This document shows positions 1-7,825 of a stretch of DNA of 32,000 nucleotides, one piece after another (position 1 is the stretch's first letter; each line of letters opens with the position of its first letter). The notes under the pieces are model-generated. The model was not told the origin of the DNA and searched no databases. It was given only the letters and a program-made list of their open reading frames with translations. The stretch is from Methanopyrus kandleri AV19. Its GTDB lineage: Archaea > JAADCQ01 > Methanopyri > Methanopyrales > Methanopyraceae. The DNA lies in contig NC_003551.1 in NCBI RefSeq assembly GCF_000007185.1, forward strand, positions 1,350,001-1,382,000, in the 5' to 3' direction. The translations under genes and the position numbers were made by a program.

Positions 1-568
1 CATCGTCGTAGTGCTTCGGGTAGTACATCCGGAGGTTCGGTACCCGGTGCAGCGCCGGGATCCTGAGCTTCAGGACCAGTAGCGAGTAGGAGAACGGCTT
101 CCCGGGGTCGTGCTCCGGCGTCACCTCGAAGTCGAGCTGGGTCCACTTCCAGGTCTCATCTAGGAACTCCCACGTGACCTCGGTCTGACCCTTGGGTTTC
201 ACCTTCACGCTCTCGAACCTCGACGGATCGCTCAGGACCTCCGACGGACTCCGGTCCGAGACCTTCGGGTAGAACCTGGCCTCGAGCACCTCCGTACCCT
301 GCGGTAGGAGCACGTGCACCGTCACCGGCTTCCCGGGCTCCTTGGCCTTGATAACCGCCATGTACGTCGCGTCCACGTAGTCGAGGACCTTCACGGTATC
401 ACCGTGCTCCGTGGTCACCTCCTTCTCGTGGACGTCCTCGATGACGAGGTGGCTCTGCACGCCCACGTCCAGCAGCGCCTCCGGATCCGTCCACGAGTCA
501 CCGTGAACGGGTAACGGTAGAACCAAGACGACGATCGGGACGATCGCCGGCGAAAGGACACGTCTCAC
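1..568 (-). CDS. Secreted protein with N-terminal signal peptide, unknown function; C-terminus runs off the left edge
   Basis: Manual translation of the minus strand from a GTG at 568-566 is open to the window edge: MRRVLSPAIVPIVVLVLPLPVHGDSWTDPEALLDVGVQSHLVIEDVHEKEVTTEHGDTVKVLDYVDATYMAVIKAKEPGK... GGTGAG lies upstream. The ORF is absent from the supplied track, probably because it has no stop in the window. Confidence 0.8.
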   Translation of the reverse strand, partial: MRRVLSPAIVPIVVLVLPLPVHGDSWTDPEALLDVGVQSHLVIEDVHEKEVTTEHGDTVKVLDYVDATYMAVIKAKEPGKPVTVHVLLPQGTEVLEARFYPKVSDRSPSEVLSDPSRFESVKVKPKGQTEVTWEFLDETWKWTQLDFEVTPEHDPGKPFSYSLLVLKLRIPALHRVPNLRMYYPKHYDD

Positions 569-1002
569 GTTCTCACCCCCGAAGTGGATCGTCGGAAGCT
601 CCGACACTAAAGTTTTCGGTAACTCATCTCCGGGGTCGTGGGTCTTCCAGCGTGATGTGTACCCGGGAATCCGCGGGTGCCGCCGTGGGCACGGTCCCGT
701 CCCCGGCGTGGTGCGCCGGCGCTCCCGCGTTCCTCCCGCGGGGGGCACGGGGGGTGGGGACTCCCCGGTACCCGCCCAGGACTCCCGGGACGCCCTCCGA
801 CGGTTCCCTGTCCGCAAGGTCTATCCTCGGCATCGTCACCGTCCCAGTTCTCCCGGCGCGGACCGGTGGGGGCGCAATCGCGGGTGGACGGGACGGGCGT
901 ACGTCGGTCCCTCGTGCGTGCGGTCGCGTTCTCGGTACTGACTACACACTCCGGCTCGTTCCTCACCCCGTAGAGTAGGGTCGAGAGACTCGCCCCGACA
1001 CT

Positions 1003-2718
1003 GTGGGGGGAAGGGTCGAATGGTGGCCGGAGCCTCCGAGTGGCGGAAGACGTGCGAGGGAGTCCGGTCCCGCGATAGGAAGATCGGTCCTGTTACTCGC
1101 GATCCCGCTGCTCTTGATGGTGTCTCCCGTCTCGGGTGTCACTGTTTACGTTCCGGACGTCGTCGATGGTGCGTTCTCGTTGGAGAAGGAGGGGTTGGAG
1201 CACGCTACTCCGGTGGTCACGAGCGGGCCCGTCGAACGCTTCAACACGTTCGAGAACATGGTCGTCGATTACGAGTACGTATCGGTTTCCGATAATCACG
1301 ACCTCGTCGTTTGCAGTAACCCGTTCGACGAGATCGACGTGAGGATCACCCCGGAGGGAATCCGCGTCGAGTACCAGACGTCTCGTGGGACCGTCCGACG
1401 CTCGCTGTCCTTCAACCCCGAGCACACGTACCTCGTACTCGGACTCCAGGGCCTCCGCACGATCCCCGTCGAACCCCAGCAGGGAGGCGGCGAGTTACCC
1501 GTACTCATCATCCACGATCACAGGGTCTACGAGCCCACCACGTACTTCCCATCCCCCATCCTCGGGCGCTACGCCCGGGACGTCACCCCACTCGCTCAGG
1601 CCGTCGAACTCATGGGAGGCTACGACCTCCTTGTCAGGCTAGAGGTCGATGGTAGCACCGTGGCCTTCGATCTCGTGAAATCCGACGGGTAGGGCGCCTA
1701 CCGGGTCGTCTGCGATTTGAACACCGGGAAGGCATGGCGCGAGTCCCTACCACCCGAGGAAGCTCGGAAGCTCCTCGACCTGGCCCGGGAGGACCTGGCT
1801 AAGATCCCTCAGTTGAAGTCTGGCGAGCTCGAGGACGAGTCGGGACTCCGGCTGGTCGTTTACGACGTCACCGAGGATAAGGTCCTCCTATTGCTCGCAC
1901 GCCCGTCCCTCGAGTTCATCCGGGGGCATAACCCGAGACTCGCGGAACTCCTGCACGTACTCGAGAGCACAGCGGATAGCCTCCTCGAATGGGATATCTT
2001 CCAGCTTTCCGCTCGGGCTCGGGAGGTGAAGGATCTCCTCGAGGGTGCTGGACTCGCTAGCACGGGAGCGATCCGGTACCTCCTACACCCGGAACTCGCC
2101 CTCGGGACCTTCCTCCTCACGAGCGGTTTCGGGTTCATCGCCTTCCTACCCTGGATCGAACTCCTGAAGCGCTTCCCGAGACTGGGGGAAGCGGAGTTCC
2201 GGTGGGAACCTTCGGCCCTCCTCGAGTACGCGAGGCGCCTAGCGTACGTGGGAGTGCTCTACGGTGCGGAGCTCGCTTACTGGACGTGTTGTGAGATCGC
2301 GGTTAAGGCCCTGCTGCGCGTCCTGGGACTCTGGGATTACACGGTGAACGGTAGGATCTTCGACCTCGCGGACTCCGACGTCTGGGCGCCGTTGCTCGAG
2401 GAGCCAACGAAGCGGCTCATGAGCGAGCTTTCCGGGTTGCCGCGACCGCTCGTCGGCGCCTGGTACGGGCTAATGGAAGCTGTGACTAAGCGGGAAATCG
2501 GGCCCGGTGGAGTGAACGTGAGGAACGCGGTGCTGAGGGTCGTCGGTCACGCCGTCTGCGCGACTTTACCACTCCCGCTCGGCGCGCTCCTGCACTCCCT
2601 GTGGGCTGACGAGTGCGACTTCGGCGACAGGTTCCTCGAGTACTGGCCGGGAGTACTCGCCCCCGTGCTCGCCGTACTCGGAGCACTGGCGGAGAACGCG
2701 CTAACGGGGGTGTGGTGA
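1003..2718 (+). pseudogene. Extracellular domain plus C-terminal PrsW/CPBP-like membrane domain, interrupted by an in-frame TAG at 1690-1692
   Basis: ORFs 1003..1692 and 1717..2718 are in the same frame, and the 24 nt between them are open (GAYRVVCD). Signal peptide-like SVLLLAIPLLLMVSPVSG; C-terminal APLLEEPTKRLMSELSGLPRPLVGAWYGLMEAV...VVGHAVCATLPLPLGALLHSLW. Confidence 0.65.
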
Positions 2719-2752
2719 CGGGCGCCCGCCCTCCCTCGAAGGATAGTTACGA

Positions 2753-3799
2753 TTACCGTAACGATCTCGAGGGCAGAAAGGTGACCCGACACCAGGCGGG
2801 TCTCGGGAGCCTGTGCAGGACCGGGATCGCGAGTCCCCCACCCTCCAGGACCAGGTGACCGCCGACCCGGTCCGTGTGCCGGACCCTGAACCCGAGGAGC
2901 ACGGCCTCCCTGGCCAACCTCTCGAGCGCGACCGGGCTCAGACCCTCGTACGCCAGCACCGCGCGGAGCACCAGCGCACCCTCGGGGGCATCCCAGCACC
3001 GCACCGTCCCCACCCGGTACGCCGCCCGCTCGTAGGAGAGGGACCGCAGGGAGTACCCGTGCGTGGGCGGCGGGTACCAGCGCCCGTCGTCCCCGCGGAC
3101 CCAGCCCGCCGGGGTCCAGAGCCCCGAGACCTCCCGGGGGCCGTAATCGTACCGGAGGACGGCCCGCACGTGCGGGAGCCGGCCGTACCCGGAAACCCGG
3201 AGCGCCTCCCGGTTCAGCCCCTCCACCGTGTGCAGGAAGGGTCTCAGGAGGACCGCCCGCGAGGTCCAGTACGCGCGCTCCAGGTACGGGTTCTCGTCGA
3301 GGTGGGTCGCGTGGAACTCGGCCGGGTTCAGCAGGAACAGCGCCCAGGTGACGGCCAGGGCGAGCGGCGGCAGGATCGCGTCCCAGGTGTCGGACGGCAG
3401 CCCCGTGAGCGAGAGCCTGACCGAGCGCCACGAGCCGCCCTCCCGCCTCCACATGACCGGTACGCCCATCGTCGTGAACGCGTCCTCGAGGCAGTGGAGG
3501 AACCCTCCCAGGGGCACGAGCGCGGCGTTCGGGTGCCCGGTCGCCCAGAGGAGGTAGGCGAGCGCGCCCCACGGCCAGGGGCAGTGGAGGATCCCGCGGT
3601 GCCTGAGCCTCCGGGAGAGCGCCAGCCTGAGGTCCCGGCCCGTGAGGAGCTCGAGCGGGTAGAGGGCCGAGGAGACCAGGGAGTTCGGGTGGTCGAGGTC
3701 GGGTAGTATCGCCGAGAGGGACGCGGTGATCGCCCGTTCCACGCCCAGGAACGGGGCGGTCAGCAGGTAGGTGAGCAGGACGTGGGTCCGGGCCCTCAT
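2753..3799 (-). CDS. YdjM/DUF457-like (LexA-binding, putative metal-dependent) membrane hydrolase
   Basis: HVLLTYLLTAPFL...SAILPDLDHPNSLVS...SRRLRHRGILHCPWPWG...GGFLHCLEDAFTTMGVPVMWR: the DxDH, HRG-x-LH and HxxxDxxT arrangement typical of this family. Confidence 0.75.
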   Translation of the reverse strand: MRARTHVLLTYLLTAPFLGVERAITASLSAILPDLDHPNSLVSSALYPLELLTGRDLRLALSRRLRHRGILHCPWPWGALAYLLWATGHPNAALVPLGGFLHCLEDAFTTMGVPVMWRREGGSWRSVRLSLTGLPSDTWDAILPPLALAVTWALFLLNPAEFHATHLDENPYLERAYWTSRAVLLRPFLHTVEGLNREALRVSGYGRLPHVRAVLRYDYGPREVSGLWTPAGWVRGDDGRWYPPPTHGYSLRSLSYERAAYRVGTVRCWDAPEGALVLRAVLAYEGLSPVALERLAREAVLLGFRVRHTDRVGGHLVLEGGGLAIPVLHRLPRPAWCRVTFLPSRSLR

Positions 3800-3803
3800 C
3801 GTC

Positions 3804-4355
3804 TCACCCCAGCTTGGAGACGGCGAGGCCGGCGAGTCCGAGGGCCGTGAGCGCCCAGAAGTCCACGCTCTCGTCCACGGTCGTCCGGAGGATCAGGAGC
3901 CCGATGCCCGCCACGGCGAGGGCCCGGAGCAGCCTGGACGGGTCCTCGACCAGCGTGACCGTGCGGCCGTCGTCGAACACGGCCTCCACCTCCGCGGAGT
4001 CCGTCCCCGCCAGCTCGTCCGTGAGGTCCTCGCACTCGACGGCCGGGAGGTAGCCCCGGTTGAGCACGAGCACGGGTACGCTCCCGGCGAGTCGCTCGAG
4101 CGCACGGCGGGCGTGGTGGTTCAGCTGGAAGTGGTTGGAGGCCTGGAAGACGAGCGGCGCGTCCACCTCCTCCAGGTACCGGTCCACCAGCACCCTGTAG
4201 GGCGAGGTGGAGGAGCGTCCGAGCGCGTCCCGGAGCGCGTCGCTGAGCAGGTCGTACTCGGGCACGCCCTCGACCCGGGCGCTCGCCACGTACGCGCCCG
4301 GGGGTAGCTCCCTCACGATCTCCTCGATCTCGCGGGGTAGGGGCCAAGGTGTCAA
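3804..4355 (-). CDS. Uncharacterised protein with C-terminal hydrophobic hairpin
   Basis: 183 aa ORF whose composition fits a real protein (VPEYDLLSDALRDALGRSS...SRLLRALAVAGIGLLILRTTVDESVDFWALTALGLAGLAVSKLG); only 4 nt from the next gene on the same strand. Confidence 0.65.
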   Translation of the reverse strand: MTPWPLPREIEEIVRELPPGAYVASARVEGVPEYDLLSDALRDALGRSSTSPYRVLVDRYLEEVDAPLVFQASNHFQLNHHARRALERLAGSVPVLVLNRGYLPAVECEDLTDELAGTDSAEVEAVFDDGRTVTLVEDPSRLLRALAVAGIGLLILRTTVDESVDFWALTALGLAGLAVSKLG

Positions 4356-4688
4356 GTGGAACGCCTCCCGATCTCATCACTACGGTCCGAAAATCCGCGG
4401 GGTGGGCGCCGGAGGGACTCACCTCCGACGCCTCCGGGGGACGATCACCGGGACCGGCGGCACGACGTGCGATCCGGTTCCGCGGCCGTCGGTTCCCGTC
4501 CCGATCCCGGTGGACTCGTCGGCGGGACGTTCACCGCGGTACTCGGAGGCGTGATGGTCCAGCACCTCCTCCAGGTACTGGCGGTCCGCGTCCAGGTCGT
4601 CGGCGACGTCGTCGGGCTCGCATCGACCGGGCACGCACTGCACGGCCGACAGCAGCAGTAACGGGAGGAGTAGCGCGTGGGGGAGCGA

Positions 4689-5963
4689 TCAGGCCACCCC
4701 CGGGTTGTCGACGACTTTCGAGAGTACGTCGAGTACTCGGGCGTTGGAGGTCACGCGTACCACCTTCTCCCCGTTCACCGGACCCGCGTCGAGGATCGCG
4801 TACGCTCGCCCACTCGGTAGAGTACCCCGTTCGAGTACCGTACCACCGCTCACGTCGACGTTAGCCTCGCCCGTCGAGTCGAGCACCAGCCCGAGGAGTA
4901 CCCTACCCGCCCGACCCTTGAGCCGCACGTCGGTCGCGAGACCGCCGGGGATGCTCTCGCTCGCCCAGCGGACCCAGAGTCGGCTCGAACCGTTCGAGCC
5001 CGAGCGGAGGGAGAGCTTGACCCGATCCCTCACCTCGAACACCATCCTCGCGGGCTGCTTCAAGTACACGCTCACGAGCTCCGGCTCGCCCTGGAGCTCG
5101 ACCGAGACTACACCCTGGTACTCACCCTCCCCCTCGAGACTCTTGGGTACTAGACGATCACCCTCGCGAGCGAGGTAGCGCACGAGGTAGTCTACACCGG
5201 GCGCGGGCACCCAGAAGGAGACTTTCTTCCCGTCGAGACCGTAGTTCGCGGGCCTGAGCACGCTCACGGTCAGGCTCACGGGCACGGGCGGGTCCGAGAG
5301 CAACAACCTCCGGGTCACGGTAACCTTCCCGGGTGAACGGTCCGCGGTCACGTCGAGGTGCAGGGTGAGCGAGTCCCCGGGTCCGAGCCTGGTGTAGGGG
5401 TACCGGAAGCCTCCCGCGTCCGTCCATACGAGGTCCGCGCGCACGAAGCGAGAATCCCGGACCGAGAACGGTTCCAGCTCGAGCTTCTCACCCTCGAGTA
5501 CCACGCTCACGTCCTGGTCTAGGGTGCGATCGCCGAAGTCCAGGTGCGTCCAGTTCGAGTAGGTTAACCGAACCATGACCGGGTGCTCGGCCTCGTTCGA
5601 CACGATGACGGTCACATGGTAAGTGCTCCCCTCCCGGGTAACGCGCCTCTCCACGCGCACGGGGGTTAGTACCTGGGAGAGTTCGGGCGCGTACTCGCTC
5701 ACGTCGACCACGCTCACGCGCAGGGGCCCACCCGCGTACCGATCGCGGAGTTCCACCCGAGAACCCGCGATCGAACCACTCACGCTCACGATCGCGAGCT
5801 TACCCCTCGGCGGCGAGTAGTACGCTTGAGCGAGCCATTCTCCGCTCGAAGAGGGCGTGAACCGGACGACCACCTTCCCCGCGCCCAGGGTCGGGTCCGC
5901 GGGCACGTCCGCGGCCTGGGCCGGGGTCGTCAGTAGCAGCAATCCCAAGAGGGTCGGGATCAA
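4689..5963 (-). CDS. Large secreted, beta-rich surface protein of unknown function (possibly ends in-frame beyond a TGA, see findings)
   Basis: TTG start after GGGTGA; signal peptide MIPTLLGLLLLTTPAQA; long beta-rich sequence with DLDFGDRTLDQDVSVVLEGEKLELEPFSVRDSR..., consistent with a surface or adhesin-like protein. Confidence 0.75.
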   Translation of the reverse strand: MIPTLLGLLLLTTPAQAADVPADPTLGAGKVVVRFTPSSSGEWLAQAYYSPPRGKLAIVSVSGSIAGSRVELRDRYAGGPLRVSVVDVSEYAPELSQVLTPVRVERRVTREGSTYHVTVIVSNEAEHPVMVRLTYSNWTHLDFGDRTLDQDVSVVLEGEKLELEPFSVRDSRFVRADLVWTDAGGFRYPYTRLGPGDSLTLHLDVTADRSPGKVTVTRRLLLSDPPVPVSLTVSVLRPANYGLDGKKVSFWVPAPGVDYLVRYLAREGDRLVPKSLEGEGEYQGVVSVELQGEPELVSVYLKQPARMVFEVRDRVKLSLRSGSNGSSRLWVRWASESIPGGLATDVRLKGRAGRVLLGLVLDSTGEANVDVSGGTVLERGTLPSGRAYAILDAGPVNGEKVVRVTSNARVLDVLSKVVDNPGVA

Positions 5964-6270
5964 CGTCGCTCACCCGGACGGGCGGGTATCGCTACGGTGG
6001 ATCAACGCGGCGATCCCCGGGGTTTACATCCGGGAAATTAGGACGGGAAACCGTAGTCGCGTTTCGGAAACCGATGCGTCGGAACGGGGAGTCGGCCTCG
6101 GTCCGTGACGCACCCCACGTCTTCTGGGGACGATACCGTGCACGAGGAAGGAGCGGGAAGACCGCCCGACGGCGTGTTACGGCGTTGAATCCGGGCCGGC
6201 CACTACCTTCGAGGGCAGTGCCGGTCTAGCCGGTCGGGTCCGGATTCCGTCGGTCGAACTCCGCCGGTCT

Positions 6271-6459
6271 CTAGGTGCCCGTGAGCCCCCGCCGCAGGGC
6301 CCGGCGGACCGTTTCCAACAGTCTATAGGGAAGTCGAATCGGCAGTAACAGAACGACGATCGTACGGTCCACTATCGCGAGCAGCAGCTCCTCCAGGTAG
6401 ATGATCTCGTGGAGGTAGGAGAGGATCCCCCATAAGATCCGCTTGATCAGGCGCAGCAA
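6271..6459 (-). CDS. Small (62 aa) hydrophobic/basic protein
   Basis: MLRLIKRILWGILSYLHEIIYLEELLLAIVDRTIVVLLLPIRLPYRLLETVRRALRRGLTGT; amphipathic pattern, GGAGG close to the TTG start. Short, so uncertain. Confidence 0.4.
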   Translation of the reverse strand: MLRLIKRILWGILSYLHEIIYLEELLLAIVDRTIVVLLLPIRLPYRLLETVRRALRRGLTGT

Positions 6460-6792
6460 CCTCCCCCGGGGACGTTCGACACGCGATCGGTCTTAACTCT
6501 TCTCACGGTTGCGGCGGTGCGTCCGCCGTCACTCCCGACCGTTCGCCCCGGAGGTCGTGGACGATCCGCTCGGGGTTCCGTTCCTGGAGAGGAGTAGCCT
6601 CAGTCGCGCACGGTAGAATTCCGGAGAAACCGACTGAAAGGGGCACCCTCACCCTCCGGTTCAGGCCCGTACCTCCCGGGTGTCGGTTCCGGATATTATG
6701 AAACCGTCATCATACAAACAAACACGAATCAGTTTCGAGTTATGGTCGGAGTCCCCGTGCGGGGACGTGGTGGGGGCGGGACGCGGGTCACC

Positions 6793-7296
6793 TCAAGCCC
6801 GGAACCACTCCCTCGAGAACGAGTTCCAGGCCCGGATCTCGCCGGGGCGTATCTCCTCGAGCGCGGGCACCTTCCCGCCCGAGAGGAGGGCCGTGCCGGC
6901 ACCGAGCACGCACCAGTCCCTCCCCAGCACGTCCAGCTCGCGCGAGACGATCGTGTCCTCCGGGACCATGTCCTCGAGCTCCTCCCGGGCCTCGCCGACG
7001 TCCTCCCGGTACACGCCCTCGACGTCGCAGGACCCGAACACCCGTCGGACCGAGCGCACGACCGGCTCGGGGTCCGTGCTCGTGAGCAGTACCACGCCGA
7101 CGTCACCGGCGATCGACTCGAGGGCGACGCTGGCCGGGGTCAGCTCGAGACCCAGCAGCCTGTCGATCCGTCCCTCGAGCGATTGGAGTACGACCTCGAG
7201 GAGTGACCAGGCCTCGGGCGGTACCGTACCGTAGGCCTCCAGGTGCGGTCCTACGGGGTCCGTGAGTAGGACTCGGACCAGGAACATCCGAACCAC
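6793..7296 (-). CDS. Uncharacterised protein, 167 aa
   Basis: Composition fits a real protein: PHLEAYGTVPPEAWSLLEVVLQSLEGRIDRLLGLELTPASVALESIAGDVGVVLLTSTDPEPVVRSVRRVFG... Confidence 0.7.
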   Translation of the reverse strand: MVRMFLVRVLLTDPVGPHLEAYGTVPPEAWSLLEVVLQSLEGRIDRLLGLELTPASVALESIAGDVGVVLLTSTDPEPVVRSVRRVFGSCDVEGVYREDVGEAREELEDMVPEDTIVSRELDVLGRDWCVLGAGTALLSGGKVPALEEIRPGEIRAWNSFSREWFRA

Positions 7297-7825
7297 CCGG
7301 GTGGGGAGGGCGTCCCCGGTACTCGAGCCCTACCATTCACGTTTGCGATGCCGGGAACACCGACTCCGGTGCCGTCGTTACGGGTCCATGACCGCGGGCG
7401 GGCGCCGTCCGGGGTCGACGACGCCGGTGGATCGATGTGGGAAACGTATCAGTTTCCTTATCCTACGGAACGTCCGCCGGATCGGCCTTTCCCGGAGTAA
7501 AGCGACGTTCGCGGCCTCTCCACCGGCCGATCGTTCCCGAAATCTCTTAATATAATGAGCTCGCTGTTCTAGTGCGGAATGATGCGGGTCGGGCCGGTGG
7601 GTTGTTCTCGGCGTTCTCAGAATCGTTACGAAAATACTAACGATAGGCGGGCCGATGCGAGGGCGTATCCCGGGACGAGATCCGGAGCGTGGGGGTGTTT
7701 CGGGGGACGTCTCGTTCCCGTGCCCCGGGTACTCGCGGCTCGGACCGTCCGACCAAGGGGGATCGTCGGCGGGCCGGGGCGCGATAGGAGCCGCGTGGAC
7801 GGGGCGCTCGGACTGGGTGACGTTC

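Noticed and set aside
607-978. Five overlapping short ORFs on both strands
   Set aside because: Mutually overlapping with low-complexity composition and no start context; more likely intergenic or promoter DNA.
1690-1692. TAG as pyrrolysine
   Set aside because: No methylamine methyltransferase context and no evidence for Pyl machinery here. A nonsense mutation is simpler, though recoding should be tested.
2547-3706. Long ORFs (341 aa minus, 297 aa plus) overlapping the YdjM/DUF457-like gene
   Set aside because: Arg/Gly/Pro-dominated shadow ORFs; the 348 aa frame contains the conserved motifs.
4689-4691. TGA as selenocysteine
   Set aside because: The host clade can use Sec, but there is no redox motif context and I could not identify a SECIS element. 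Kept only as a general in-frame stop observation.
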